A DNA stretch of 64,000 nucleotides, taken from contig OX597822.1 of the NCBI GenBank assembly GCA_951406725.2, positions 52,142,001 to 52,206,000 on the forward strand, in the 5' to 3' direction. This document shows positions 13,162 to 27,851 of this stretch, piece by piece. This DNA is from Octopus vulgaris (Eukaryota). The notes beneath the pieces were generated by a model. That model was not told where the DNA came from. It did not search any database and worked only from the letters and a program-made list of their open reading frames with translations. A program made the position numbers and the translations under genes. Each line of letters opens with the position of its first letter. The stretch's first letter is position 1.

Positions 13162-14340
13162 CTAGCAGTATAGCCCGGCGTTGCTCGGGTTTGTTTTTTA
13201 GTTGCGCTTAAAACAGCAGACTTTGATGTCGCGTTAACAAGGTTTTGCCATAGTTTCAATCTATGAATAAAAGTATAGTGTGGCGATCCTCGAGTTTGCC
13301 CTGAATGTGCTGCAAATGTGTAATGCCGACTTCAATTATTGGTACTCTTAGCTAATATTCCTACTATTAACATTATGGAGAAAACAATTTACCCGTAGAT
13401 TTAAAGGAAAATGAAGCTCAAGTTTCGAACTGCACAGAAAATCTATTAAGAAGTTAACACTGCAACAGTATTCATTAAGAAAAAGTACACAGCAGTAAAA
13501 AAAATCGTAGAACATAGGGCTTTTCATAGAAAAAGAAGCACCTTTGTGATGTAAATAATTTTTGGTCTTAACATGGTTCGATTTGAATTTTTTCTTCTAC
13601 GGAATGAAGAGCAAGCCTTCTATCATACTCTCAGTTTTGGTCAACTTGCGTCGCAGGGGCTCGGAGGAGATAGTGTTAGTTGAAGGCTACCAAACCTGCC
13701 ACACACACACACACACAGCTTCAGCTTTATAGATATAGATTCATTCAGATAAACAGTTAATATAAGGCAATGCATAGTATAGTCGCTGATGAATTATGGT
13801 TACAGCACTTCGCGATAGACAACGTTCTTTGTTCTTCCAGATGGAGCCAAAGCAAATAGGTTGTTCTGACTACCGACTCGGGAACATCCAACGTATAATT
13901 GTCCATGTGAGAAACATGGCTCCTGCAAGTGAAGCCCTGCCACGGATAATGTCTGACCCTGTGGTTTGTTTATGGACATGGCAAATACAACACGTAGGAG
14001 AAACTGTGTCCTTCTGAAACAGTAGGGTGCATCAGCTCCTGATGTCGTAAGTGTAATCTTAGTTATTAAAACGTCCTCTCTCTTTCCAGAACCGGGAAGA
14101 ATTTTGTAGACAAATTATTAACATTAGTTATCTCCCTTGCACTGTGTTGAAGCTCAAGTTTCAAACTGCACTGATTTTTGATGTAAATAATTTTTGGTCT
14201 TAACATGGTCCGGAATGAAGAACAAGCCTTCATCTATCATACTCTCAATTTTGGTCAACTTGCGCCGCAGGGTCTCGGAGGAGATAGTGTTAGTTGAAGG
14301 CTACCAAACCTTCCACACACACAACTTCAGCTTTATAGAT
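13162..14340 (-). mobile_element. Composite Helitron remnant (copies at ~35844-37018 and ~58685-59860)
   Basis: Minus-strand 3' end is a CCCGAGCAACGCCGGG hairpin followed by CTAG. 5'-end-like TCTAT...AAAGCTGAAG segments at 13739 and ~14339. A helicase fragment lies between them. Confidence 0.75.
13800..14110 (-). pseudogene. Helitron RepHel PIF1-like helicase C-terminal fragment (copies from 36478 and 59320)
   Basis: Manual translation: FRRTQFLLRVVFAMSINKPQGQTLSVAGLHLQEPCFSHGQLYVGCSRVG...TKNVVYREVL*. Confidence 0.88.
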
Positions 14341-14756
14341 ATATATATATGTGTGTGTGTATGTGTGTGTTTGTCTGCATCCCCCCTCGCCATCGCTTGA
14401 CAACCGATGCTAGTGCATTTATGTCCCCGTAACTTAGCGGTTCGGCAATTTCTATTGCCGATAGAATAAGTACTAGGCTTACAAAGAATAAGTTCTGGGG
14501 TAGATTTCTTCGACTAAAACCCTTTATGTCAGTGTTCTAGCATGGCCATAGTCAAATGACTGAAACAAGTAAAAGAATTTTTTAAAAATTAAACATTACC
14601 ATAATTCACCAAGAATTATTGGTATAAATATAAATTTATAATCAGTCTAAAGAAGCTACAGGTTTTGAAGCAGTTGTCTACAAATATTCCCTTTGGAAGA
14701 GATGTTCATCAATGCAGGGTCGTTGACCGGCATGAAAGTTTAAGAAAGTTTTTCTC

Positions 14757-14995
14757 CCGCAGCTCAGTGGTTAGGGTGTCAGCATCATGATCGTAAGGTT
14801 GTAGTTTCGATTCCTGGACCGGACGACTCGTTGTGTTCTTCATTTCACATTGCTCCAGTCCACTCAGCTGGCAAAAATGAGTAACGCTGCGATGGGCTGG
14901 CGTCCCGTACAGCTGGGGAACACATATGCCATAGAAACCGGGAAACCGGGCCCATGAGCCTGGCTAGGCTTTAAGAGGGCGCATTTATTTATTTT
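14757..14995 (+). mobile_element. tRNA-derived SINE, family C (copies at ~37434-37673 and ~60275-60512)
   Basis: AGCTCAGTGGTTAG A-box, GTTTCGATTCC B-box, central CACTCAGCTGGCAAAAATGAGTA...GCGATGGGCTGGCGTCCCGT, (TTTA)n tail. Confidence 0.7.
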
Positions 14996-15199
14996 TTATA
15001 TAATTATATCAAATCTTTTACGTTTGCATTTTCGCGGCTGAGTTGAAATTTTGTTTATATTGGAAATAGATTAGAAATACTAAAATGTAAATAAGAAATA
15101 ACTCAGCCTAAAAGTTAAATGGATAACTCGGTTGACTATCATTCTAATGAAAAAAATTAAATTTATAGATTAAACAACGAAATTGTGGTAGATATATGT

Positions 15200-15205
15200 T
15201 TTATT
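15200..15205 (-). terminator. Candidate polyadenylation signal AATAAA of gene copy 1
   Basis: About 60 nt downstream of the predicted TGA. Conserved in all three units, but the surrounding sequence is AT-rich. Confidence 0.45.
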
Positions 15206-15266
15206 TTAAAAAATTATATTTGAGGTATCACAATTATTGAAATTATCAAAATAAATTAATAGTTCT

Positions 15267-15284
15267 TCATCCGTATTGTTGTTT
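15267..15284 (-). CDS. Gene copy 1, predicted terminal coding exon (KQQYG*)
   Basis: Acceptor ttttattgcag|AAA CAA CAA TAC GGA TGA. Phase 0 matches the upstream donor. The only difference in copies 2 and 3 is synonymous (CAA>CAG). Confidence 0.65.
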   Translation of the reverse strand, partial: KQQYG

Positions 15285-15879
15285 CTGCAATAAAATAAAT
15301 TTGCAAGAAATTAATATATTTATCGGACTGGATATACACATTGTATTTCAAATTTAGTATGACTAAGTACAATACAAAATTTAAATTTGAACAATTATAC
15401 ATTATAGATTAAATATCACATGATTATACAAAGTATTAAAAATTCATCAGAGCCCCAGATTTTAAAGCCCAATTCACACTCTCATAAGCTATATCCTGAA
15501 ATATCCTGAATATAGAATACTTCACAAATGTATCTCCAAAGAGTCTGTATCACTATTTAAACAGTTGAAAAATAAATATTTCTTAAATAAACATAAATAT
15601 TTCTAACATTAAGAGCAATGTCGTGCAAATTTTACATAAGTGTCAATAACATTAAATTGAAAATTGTAAGACAACCATTTCTTCCATATATATTATTGAA
15701 TGTATGCATATATATGAAAAAACTTAGAAGAGAAAAGTTTGTATGCTAAATATCATCTAATTGCTGGGTGATTATTTTCTGTTTAATATGAGAAATAAAA
15801 TAGGGGTTGCAAAGGGTAAAGGATGGATTAAATTAGTTACGTTAGGGACAGTAAAACACTAATAAAACACTTTACTCAC

Positions 15880-18800
15880 CTGACGATAGCAGTCATACTT
15901 GGTACACTTGACCTTCCCAATCGAACATCGACAAACATTGCACTTATCTTGACTCATGAACATTTCTCCATCTTTGTAAGATTTTCCATAATACTGGCAT
16001 ATTGTCGGGGGGCAGTACATTTTAGTACAGCTTATTTGACCAAACTGTCCACATCTACAAGTATTGCAGGCATCTTTAAATGTTTCACCGACAGAATAAG
16101 TTTTTCCTTTATGTATACAGGACTTACGGCATGGTTTTTGCTCACAATCGACTTTCCCATCGGAGTTGCACTGACATTTGTTGCAATCATTATACCATAC
16201 AGAACCAATTTCATAAATTTTACCGTTGTAATTACAGGAACAAGGTAATTCAGTGCAGCTAACCGCACCATTATATTGACAAGTACAAGTATTGCAGCCA
16301 TCTTTGAATTGATTTCCGAAATTATAAACATTATTTTTATAAGTACAGGGACATGGGTTTGTTGTGCAGTCTACTGTCCCATCGGTTTTGCATGTGCACG
16401 TATTACAGTCCTTTCTAAATGTTTCTCCTACTTTATATATCTGGTTGTTGTACTTACATTCACAAACATTGGTTGTACATCGGATAAATCCAGTTGCTAA
16501 ACATTCGCATTCATTGCAACCGTCCGTATATCTCTTACCAATTCCATAAGTTTGTCCTTTATAAGTACAGTGGCAGGGTGTGATTTTACAATCAACTTGT
16601 CCGTTATTTTTACATTTGCAAATATTACAACCATCACTGAACACTTCTCCGAAATTATAAACATTATTTTTATAAGTACAGGGACATGGGTTTGTTGTGC
16701 AGTCTGCTGTCCCATCGTCTTTGCATGTGCACTTATTACAGTCCTTTCTAAATGTATTACCTATGTTGTACTTGATTCCATTGGAAATACAGTAACACGG
16801 CTTATTTGTACAGCTTACTCTACCGTTCGTTTCACACCTGCATGTATTACAGCCCTGTTTAAATGTTTCTCCTACTTTATAAATCTGGTTGTTGTACTTA
16901 CATTCACAATCATTGGTTGAACATCGGACATATCCAGTTGCTAAACATTCGCATTGATTGCAATCGTCCGAAAATCTATTACCAATTCCATAAGTTTGTC
17001 CATTATAAGTACAGCGGCAGGGTCTGTTTGTACAATCAACTTGTCCGTTATGTTTACATTTGCAAGTATTGCAATCATCCTTGAACTCTGCTCCGAAATT
17101 ATAAACATTATTTTTATAAGTACAGGTACATGGGTTTGTTGTGCAGTCTACTGACCCATCGGCTTTGCATGTGCACGTATTACAGTCCTTTCTAAATGTA
17201 TTACCTATGTTGTACTTGATTCCATTGTAAACACAGTAACACGGCTTATTTGTACAGCTTACTCTACCGTTCGTTTCACACGTGCATGTATTACAGCCCT
17301 GTGGAAATGTTTGACCTACATTATATATCTGGTTGTTGTAATTACATCGACAAACCTTGGTTGAACATCGGACATATCCAGTTGCTAAACATTCGCATTC
17401 ATTGCAATCGTCCGAAAATTTATTGCCAATTCCATAAGTTTGTCCTTTATGAATACAGCGGCAGGGTCTGTTTGTACAATCAACTTGTCCGTTATTTTTA
17501 CATTTGCAAGTATTACAATCATCCTTGAACTCTGCTCCGAAATCATAAACATTATATTTATAAGTACAGGTACATGGGTTTGTTGTGCAGTCTACTGACC
17601 CATCGGCTTTGCATGTGCACGTATTACAGTCCTTTCTAAATGTATTACCTATGTTGTACTTGATTCCATTGTAAACACAGTAACACGGCTTATTTGTACA
17701 GCTTACTCTACCGTTCGGTTCACACCTGCATGTATTACATTCTTGTGGAAATGTTTGACCAACATTATATATCTGGTTGTTGTAATTACATCGACAAACC
17801 TTGGTTGAACATCGGACATATCCAGTTGCTAAACATTCGCATTCATTGCAATCGTCCGAAAATGTATTACCAATTCCATAATTTTGTCCTTTATGAGTAC
17901 AGCGGCAGGGGTTGTTTGTACAATCAACTTGTCCGTTATTTTTACATTTGCAAGTATTGCAATCATCCTTGAACTCTGCTCCGAAATTATAAACATTATT
18001 TTTATAAGTACAGGTACATGGGTTTGTTGTGCAGTCTACTGACCCATCGGCTTTGCATGTGCACGTATTACAGTCCTTTCTAAATGTATTACCTATGTTG
18101 TACTTGATTCCATTGTAAACACAGTAACACGGCTTATTTGTACAGCTTACTCTACCGTTCGGTTCACACGTGCATGTATTACAGCCCTGTGGAAATGTTT
18201 GACCAACATTATATATCTGGTTGTTGTAATTACATCGACAAACCTTGGTTGAACATCGGACATATCCAGTTGCTAAACATTCGCATTGATTACAATCGTC
18301 CGAAAATTTATTACCAATTCCATAAGTTTGTCCTTTATGAGGACAGCGGCAGGGGTTGTTTGTACAATCAACTTGTCCGTTATTTTTACATTTGCAAGTA
18401 TTGCAATCATCCTTGAACTCTGCTCCGAAATTATAAACATTATTTTTATAAGTACAGGTACATGAGTTTGTTGTGCAGTCTACTGTCCCATCGGCTTTGC
18501 ATGTGCATGTATTACAGCCCTGTTTAAATGTGTCTCTTACTTTATATATCTGGTTGTTGTACTTACAGTCACAAAACTCGGTTGTGCAGTCTACTGACCC
18601 ATCGGCTTTGCATGTGCACGTATTACAGTCCTTTCTAAATGTATTACCTATGTTGTACTTGATTCCATTGTAAACACAGTAACACGGCTTATTTGTACAG
18701 CTTACTCTACCGTTCGGTTCACACGTGCATGTATTACAGCCCTGTGGAAATGTTTGACCTACATTATATATCTGGTTGTTGTAATTACATCGACAAACCT

Positions 18801-19922
18801 TGGTTGAACATCGGACAAATCCAGTAGCTAAACATTCGCATTCATTGCAATCGTCCGAAAATTTGCTACCAATTCCATAAGTTTGTCCTTTATGAGTACA
18901 GCGGCAGGGGTTGTTTGTACAATCAACTTGTCCGTTATTTTTACATTTGCAAGTATTACAATCATCCATGAACACTGCTCCGAAATTATAAACATTATTT
19001 TTATAAGTACAGGTACATGAGTTTGTTGTGCAGTCTACAGTCCCACCGGCTTTGCATGTGCACGTATTACAGTCCTTTTTAAATGTTGTCCCTATTTCGT
19101 AGGTGTTTCCATTGTATATACACTTACATGGTTTGTTAGAGCACTGCACAATACCGCTTCTTAAACATTCACATTGGTTACAATCATTACTGAATGTTTG
19201 TCCAACTCGGTATGTCTGTCCTTGATAAGTACATTGACAAATTTTCTTTGTACATTCTAACTGACCGTTGTCTCTACAATAGCAAATGTTACAATCCCCT
19301 TCAAATTTCTGGCCCACACTTAATACTCTTCCTCTGAAGTAACACTTACAAATTTTGCTAGTACATTTAACCTGACCATTGTTCAAACATTCGCAAGTAT
19401 TGCAATCATCAGTGAAGGTTTGGCCGATTTGATATTGTACATTTTTATAAGGACATCCACATCTATCACTGTTACACTGCACTATTCCTGTAGTTTGACA
19501 AGTGCAAGTCTTACAGCCATCGTTAAAACTCTCTCCAATATTGTAGTCTTTACCATTGTATTGGCACTGACACACATAATTGGTACACTGAACATATCCA
19601 GAAGAAAGACATTTACATTTATTACAGTTGTCATTGAATTCTTCACCTTCTTGGTACTGTTTTTCTTTATAAGTACATCGTTTAGGACAGTCTTTGTTGT
19701 CACATTTTATCTGGCCATCATAGTTGCATTTACATGTATTACAAGACTGCTGGAATGTCTGTCCTACTCTGTAACGTCTGCCTTGATATGTACATGAAGG
19801 CCCCTTCCCATAACCACAACGTAAATTTGAACAAATTGCTTTGTTATTTGTGTCACATACACACGTGTTGCAGTCGATCTTAAATACTCCTGTATACTTC
19901 TTTCCATTATATGTACATTCGT
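15880..19922 (-). CDS. Gene copy 1, giant exon: 36 tandem six-Cys VWC/pacifastin-like modules (kielin/chordin-like repeat type)
   Basis: 4043-nt uninterrupted frame of CxYxGxxYxxGxxFxxxCNxCxCxxxGxVxCTxxxC. Acceptor ttctcttctttacag|AC and donor CAG|gtgagt. Confidence 0.93.
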
Positions 19923-20213
19923 CTGTAAAGAAGAGAAACAATAATTATTTCAATCAACAACTACACTGTTCCTGAAAGAAGAACATGTTATATATTCTAG
20001 CGTAAGTATGTGATTATGATATATCTATAAATTCTCAAAGAATAATGTCGAGCGACATTATTCTTTAGAAATGGTTGGGATGTACAGCCCGAAATATACA
20101 GATACTTTGCAGTATGTATCCGAAAACCAGTTTTCAGATATCGTGATGATGAGAACTTTATTATGTTGACGCACACACATACAGGCTAATAAAACACGCA
20201 TAACTGTACATAC

Positions 20214-20272
<59 letters not shown>

Positions 20273-20432
20273 TAGTTATGGCTAAATTCTAGGAGATAAA
20301 GAACTCAGTACGCGCGTAGAGTATAAAGTTGCAATAACTCGTCTGCATCTCCATCTATCTTTCTGTTTATCACTATATATGTACGTGTATATATATATTT
20401 GTATATATCTATATATATATATATATATATAC

Positions 20433-20507
<75 letters not shown>

Positions 20508-20510
20508 CAC

Positions 20511-20560
<50 letters not shown>

Positions 20561-21244
20561 CAAATGATAGAAAATGCAACACAAGGGAAACTTTGTTACT
20601 TACAACGATCGGTTCGAAACATCCTGTATCAGTATGGGAGAGTAATCGAGGCAGATTTAACAAAAGGTGATATGTGGTCAGGAAGCGTCGAAGTATACGT
20701 GCTAGTCCGACTGACCTTACAAAGACCATAGAACCATACCGAGACACAAAGAAAACAGGTAAGAAGGATCAATTCCTTTTAACCAGCATTGAAATCTCCT
20801 CTCAGGAAAATAAACAGAAAACCAACTGACAAAATTACGCATCTATGGAGTACCGACCTCCTCAAAGAAATTAGAATCATACAAAGACAATAAGTTACAT
20901 AAAGTAATTAACATGTAAAATATTACTACCAAAATTAACATTAAGACAATATATCCAACTTGAAAAAGAATATCCTCAAGACGTTGCTATTTTTGAACCT
21001 TAAATATCTCAAAAATGTTCACTGCTGTATTCGGTCGCTTGTAAAATAGTTTTAGCGAACGGGATCGGAATATCTTTCATATCCTACTTCTTTAAACGAT
21101 ATCATGTTTTAATTACTGCTTTATTATACTTTATTTATGTCTGTGAAAATATGTATATATATATATATATATATATTATATTTATATGTATATATATATA
21201 TATATATATATGCATATACATATGTGTATATACATATTCATAAG

Positions 21245-21524
<280 letters not shown>

Positions 21525-21817
21525 ATATATATACCTATATATATATATCTATATATATACATATAGAGATGGCCGTACAAGCAAGATTAAATGACTTAAA
21601 CAAAATTACAGAGGAAATAATTTTTACTAGTGTATGTGAGGCTGAAAGTAGTAGTGGAGGGTATGCTTCCTATATGCTATGTATTTTGGGAGAAAGACCA
21701 CATGAAGGCAAGGTGTCCCCAAAAAGAGGAGGAGCAACGGATGGAATAGCCTGAAGAATAAGAGAAGGAAGACGAAGTGGTGCTAGAGGGTGTGAAGGAG
21801 ACGGTAGTAACAGAAGA

Positions 21818-22040
21818 GGCGGCGAGCTGGCAGAAACGTTATCACCCCGGGCGAAATGTGAAACCTTATTTCGTCTGCCGTTACGTTCTGAGTTCAAATT
21901 CCGCCGAGGTCGACTTTGCCTTTCATCCTGTCGGAGTACCAGTTATTCACTGGGGTCGGTAAAATCGACTTAATCCGTTGGTCTGTCCTTGTTTGTTCTC
22001 TCTGTGTTTAGCCCCATGTGGGTAGTAAAGAAATAGGTAG
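21818..22040 (+). mobile_element. Intronic SINE family B (copy at ~43705-43927)
   Basis: Family B consensus, with gta(a/t)aacagaagaggcg-like direct repeats on both sides. Confidence 0.8.
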
Positions 22041-23194
22041 TATAACAGAAGAGGCGTTCACAGTAGTAAATAAGTGAAAAAGAAAAGAACGAGAAGGCAG
22101 AAAAAGAAAAAGAGAAGGAGAAGGAGCTTGAGGAGGAAGGTGATAAGGAGGTGACAGAAACGAGTTTACAAACTATACCAGAAGAAGAGGAGTTGGGTTG
22201 TGGAGAGAGACAATAGCATGAAAATGAAGCATCGACATTGACTAAAATGAAAGAGAATAAAGACAGAGTGGAGGCACCAAAGGTGGAGCAAGGAAAAAAT
22301 GTGGAATTTTGGTGATATACGCCAAAAGCACGGCGGTAGATAAAAGATAACGTAATTTTTTGAATAATTTTTCCATCTAATTTCATTTTTCTACCTAAAA
22401 TTGTTATTTATGCTTTTCGAAAGTGATAGATCACCGGTAGAAACAGTCGACCTCACGTTTTAAGTATGGAATAGGCTGTATCCCGTTCCAAAATTGTGTT
22501 TTATTGCTGAGTTCGCCTCTCGTCGAAATCAACTTTGTTGTTCATCTCTCTGAGATCGATTATTACTGAATGACAGAGCTGTGCTTGCCATCAAAGTTAA
22601 ACTGGGGTAAAATATATGAAGCCCAGTATACCCGCCAGTCAAGTAATGGGATCTATGGTATCAACTAACTCCTGCTCTTCAAAATTGTTGCAGAGACGAG
22701 TGGGTCGATTGTGCCTGGGTGGTGGTAGTACGAGACAAACCAGTCCCCAGAAACAGAGGCCATTAGAATAGCGATTGAAAAGACAGAGAGGACACAGCGC
22801 ACCCGTGCGCCAGATATTGGAGTGTACTCATTAGTGACTGAATTCTAATCAATGGTCTTTGTCTCGATGCGTCCAATATGTCATCACGCAAAGTGGTGCC
22901 ACTGTTTTACTTGCGGCAGTAGTACTTATTGTGGGTTTCAAGTAAGCCTTGTAGAATGACAGCACCTGCTGGATACTAAAGTGTATTCTGGTTCCTAAAC
23001 AGAAGGGCTAGACTTTGAAAAGCGATCCTATAGATGCTAAGGATGTACCTTTGTCAGAAACCAGGGGAGATCCTCGGTTGTAGTGAAGCCACGTATTTGG
23101 AGCGACGGTGTGGGCTCTAACCCATTGTGGTTATATAAATATAGAGAGTTAGTTATAGATCTATATGTATACATATACATACATACATGCATGC

Positions 23195-23251
<57 letters not shown>

Positions 23252-23427
23252 CTCTAGATTTTCTATAGAAATTAGAGCCAAAACTGAAAAATGTCTTAGG
23301 TAGCACCGATATTTTAAATAACATGCATGGATATGTTAGTTGTAATAACACTACTGTTGATAAATTGAACGAAATAACTTTAAAATAAGAAAGAAATGAA
23401 TTATGAATAGCGGTGTAATTTACTTAC

Positions 23428-23485
23428 TGTTGTAGCTGTTCACATAAGAAATAGCTACTGTTACTAGTAGCAATAGTCGCAGCAT
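23428..23485 (-). CDS. Gene copy 1, first coding exon: signal peptide MLRLLLLVTVAISYVNSYN
   Basis: gccaacATG start context, basic residue followed by a hydrophobic core, donor A|gtaagt. Phase 1 joins the AC of the giant exon to make an AAC codon. Confidence 0.8.
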
Positions 23486-23549
23486 GTTGGCCAGTTGGTT
23501 TATCTTTTCTTTCTGCCTCTTGTAGACTGGTGACTGTTGTTTACCGAAA

Positions 23550-23592
23550 CAAGGATGAGTTTGACAAACGTCTCAAACGTACGCTTTATATG
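23550..23592 (-). promoter_or_regulatory. Core promoter: TATAAAG with Inr-like TCATC about 30-35 nt downstream
   Basis: ctttata at 23584-23590 on the plus strand, about 100 nt upstream of the ATG. Conserved in copy 2. Confidence 0.55.
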
Positions 23593-24265
23593 GGCCGCAA
23601 TAAACGTGATCAACTGCATACATCGTGGGAAATAATTGGTTTCACAAATTCCGTATTTAGAAACAGCAAAAATAAACATCAATAAATAGGTAGTTTTAAT
23701 TTCCCATTAATGGTTTCTTCCTAAAAATAAACTATTCATAAATAGGTTGGGTCTTCTTACGATAACAAACAATAGTATCAGAGGTGTTTCACAAGGTGGT
23801 GGTTAAATAAGTTCTTCATTATCATCACGTTTTAATCAATGTGTTTATAGACAGCAATACTATATATATGTGTGTGTGTCTTTGTGTGTCTGTGTTTGTC
23901 CCCCTAGCATTGCTTGACAACCGATGCTGGTGTGTTTACGTCCCCGTCTCTTAGCGGTTCGGCAAAAGAGCCCGATAGAATAAGTACTGGGCTTACAAAG
24001 AATATGTCCCGGGGTCGATTTGTTCGACTAAAGGCGGTGCTCCAGCATGGCCGCAGTCAAAATGACTGAAACAAGTAAAAGAGTAAAGAGTAAAAGAGTA
24101 TATATATATATATACGTGTATATACATGGTAACAACAGGATTTTTTAGAAATTTCTATTAGCTTTCTTCGCAATACGTGCTTGTTAGTGATAAATTATAT
24201 GGTTATCGACGTTGTCTATTTTCGGCATATTTTGGCATTAGAAATTTTTTCTTTTGTCCTTACTT

Positions 24266-24348
<83 letters not shown>

Positions 24349-25279
24349 TTTTACTTATTTTACTTTTTACTTTTACTTGTTTCAGTGATTTGACTGCCGC
24401 TATGCTGGAGTACCGCCTTCAGTCGACCAAATTGACCCCAGGACTTATTCTTTGGAAGCCTAGTACTTATACTAGTGGTCTCTTTTGCCGAACCGCTATC
24501 TTACGGGGACGTAAACACACCAACATCGGCTGTGAAGTGATGTTGGGAGGACAAACACAGACACAAACATATACACACACATACATATATATATATACAT
24601 ATATACGACGGGCTTCTTTCAGTTTCCGTCTACCAAATCTACTCACAAGGCTTTGGTCGGCCCGAGGCTATAGCAGAAGACACGTGCCCAAGGTGCCACG
24701 AGTGGGACTGAACCCGGAACCATGTGGTTGGTAAGCAAGATACTTACCACACAGATTTATGAAAAAAGAACTAAAATGCTACTTTCAAAAATTGGGCACA
24801 TTTTAATTTTCCTTTATATAAATACATTAAAAGAAGAATGTTTTAGATTTGTTTTACATGTTTCGATTTTTGAACAACCTTTTCAAAAATATGTACTAAA
24901 ATGGAATATGTAGAGAGGAAAGAGCTATTAATAAAATAAAGTTAAAATTAAAATTAACATTCATAGTTTACTTTCCTTTTTCTGCAAGAGCACGTGGTAG
25001 TTTCCGTCATTTTTGGTGGCATGACAATTGAACTGTCTGTGACGGCAAATTGCTACTATCTGTTTTGGTAAATTAAAAAGTGTGGTCAAGACTTGTTTTC
25101 TATAAGAGTAACCGTCGAGTAACCAGCAGCAGTGATAATAATAGTCGTCGTGGTGATGTTGTTCCCCCGGGGTTTTAATAGAATTCGGGTTCTTCGACAC
25201 TTGTCTTTATTTTTTATGAATAACTTTCATATCCATATATCCATATGTATACACATACGTACATATATACACACACACA

Positions 25280-25356
<77 letters not shown>

Positions 25357-26275
25357 TGTGTGCGTACTTGTGTATATGAATACGTGTGTGTATATGCGTA
25401 TACTGTTTGAATGCTTACCTATTTCTTTACTACCCACAAGGGGCTAAACACAGACAGGACAAACAAGGACAGACAAACAGATTAAGTCGATTACATCGAC
25501 CCCAGTGCGTAACTGGTACTTAATTTATCGACCTCGAAAGGATGAAAGGCAAAGTCGACCTCGGCGGAATTTGAACTCAGGACGTAACAGCAGACGAAAT
25601 ACGGCTACGCATTTCGCCGGCGTGCTAACGATTCTGCCAATTCGCCGCCTTCTTACCATGTCATGTACGACAATCAAAGGAGAGAAGAAAAGACAGACAT
25701 ACATATAAACCCATTTCATCAGCCGACGTTTTTAATACAGAGTCCAGTGCTACTTCAAAGCATCGGCACAATACGCAGTTGTCTAGGGGCCTCATAGGTC
25801 TAAGGGTCCAATTCTAATCTTTGTATGACGTGGCTTGCTGTCAATAAATAAATACTATAGAGCCCTGTGCAGTGATTTGCCCAAGGGTCTATAATGCTGC
25901 AAGAGTTACACGATTTCGGCGGTTAGGAACCGTTTCGATGATTAGTCTGGAAATTACCAGTTTGAACGAAATGAAATCAAGTTTTGCCACTGAAAACGCA
26001 CAGAGGGGAAATATAAAACTTGTAGAAAACAAGTAGATACAGAGTATAAAGGATGGTGCCTTTCCTCTTGAAAGAGGAAGAGTTCAAGTGCACGGAGAGA
26101 ATAATAAAATGACCTTCATCTAAATATAATCTAAATATAATTGGACGCAAAGGGCGATAGAAAGGAGTGGTGATCAGCAGAAGCAGGTGACAGGAAAAGC
26201 AGAGGAAATGTTGGATAGAGAGAGAGTGAGAGAGAGAGAAAGGGAGAGAGGTAAAGTAAAATAGAGCAACGGTAA

Positions 26276-26277
<2 letters not shown>

Positions 26278-26328
<51 letters not shown>

Positions 26329-27228
26329 TGTGTACAGTGCTCAGGTGCACTACAACTCATCTAAAGTGTATATATAATCAGGTGTAGTTTCGGCGGATTT
26401 CGGAAAGCATGAGGGCCTTAAAGGATGCAGTGTCATGGCAGTCAACAACTGACGCAGGCAGTTTATTCCATGCTTCAGCAACTCTGAGCGTGAAAAAATG
26501 TTTCAGAAAGTCATGGGAGCTGTGTTGTTTTCTGACTTTGTAGGCATGTCCACGTGTGTTAGACACATGGAGATCAAAAAGGTGTTCAGTGTTGTTGTTG
26601 GTGAGGTGGTTGATAACTTTGTGGGTGTTTACCAAGTCCGTCGCCAGACGCCGGAGCTTCAGTGAATCCATGCCCAGGAAAACAATGCGCTCAGAATATG
26701 GTAGGTGTCTGATGGAGGGTATGCGTTTGGTTACACGTCTCTGGACAGATTCCAGGAGGTCAATGTTCTGAGCAAGATAGGGGTTCCAAACTGATGATGC
26801 GAATTCCAAGTGTGGTCGTACCATAGCTGTATACAGTTTTAAATAGATGGCTGGAGAGCGGCTAACAAAAGTCTTGCTGAGTGATGCCAAGACACCCTCG
26901 GCCTTCTTGACAATTTTAGAGATATGCTTTGTCCAACGCAAATCACTGCTGACAGTGATGCCTAGGTCACGCTCGCAAGAGGATTTCTTGATATCAGTGT
27001 TGTGGAGGGAGTATGTGGACGCAGGGTTTTTTCTCCCAAAATGCATGGTGGTACACTTGTCCACAGCCAGTTTCATTTGCCAGTCTGTGATCCATTGCTG
27101 CATTGTGTCTAGGTCTGATTGCAGGAAAGAGTTGTAGACATCAGGATCTGTCCTATTGATTTCAAGGTACAGCTTGATGTCGTCTGCATATTTCAATACT
27201 GTGGCATTCTTTAAATTGGCATCTATGT
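26278..27228 (-). mobile_element. 5'-truncated CR1/L2-clade LINE, unit 2 copy (ORF 26378-27196)
   Basis: Near-identical to 4875-5792. Confidence 0.9.
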
Positions 27229-27795
27229 CAGGTAGTAGGGGAGACAGTGGAGAAAATTAAGGTGAGATTTTAAAAAGTGTCACATAGGGGAAATCAAGGT
27301 AGTTACAATGAAGACTATAGATGTGTACAACTGGTAGATCCACTAGTGTTGCACCGCTATATTTTGTAGCTATTTAAACAATGAGTTCGTGAACAGTTAA
27401 TGGGTTAGATGTGTTGAGGCAATGTTCATATAAATCCATTACATACTTTTTCTATCTTCGATTGCACTGTTTACATTAGACGTATTTGAATATGAAATGT
27501 TGTAACAAATCAGTGCTGGCTATAATTTCGATAGAGAATCTGTAGAGACAATCTCAAAACGTTTTAAATATATATATACTCTTTTACTTGATTCAGTCAT
27601 TTAACTACAGCCATGCTGGAGCACCACCTTAAAAGGTTTTAGTCGAAGAAATCCGCCGCAGAACTTGTTCTTTGTAAGCCGAGTACTTATTCTATCGGAC
27701 TATTTTGCCGAACAGCTACATTACGGGGACCTAAATACACCAATATCGGTTGTCAAGCGATGGGAGGGGGACAAACACAGACACAAAACATATTC

Positions 27796-27851
<56 letters not shown>

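Noticed and set aside
14757-14830. tRNA-like sequence
   Set aside because: The acceptor stem does not close and it runs into a SINE body with a (TTTA)n tail. Treated as a SINE head.
15949-19797. Repeated plus-strand and alternative-frame ORFs over the giant exons (also 38627-42031 and 61468-63602)
   Set aside because: Antisense or off-frame shadows of the 111/444-nt coding repeat.
15880-19922. Regular repeats with variable intervening sequence, superficially like a CRISPR array
   Set aside because: Eukaryotic context, the period is a multiple of 3 with a continuous reading frame, the variable parts recur, and there are no cas genes.
19960-19990. Second acceptor-like site (ttcttctttcag) ~50 nt upstream of the giant exon
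   Set aside because: Splicing exon 1 to it gives an immediate in-frame TAG.
20555-20760. Possible extra exon or ORF in intron 1 (gtaagt donor-like site on the minus strand near 20603)
   Set aside because: No convincing acceptor or recognisable peptide, and exon 1 already joins the giant exon in frame.
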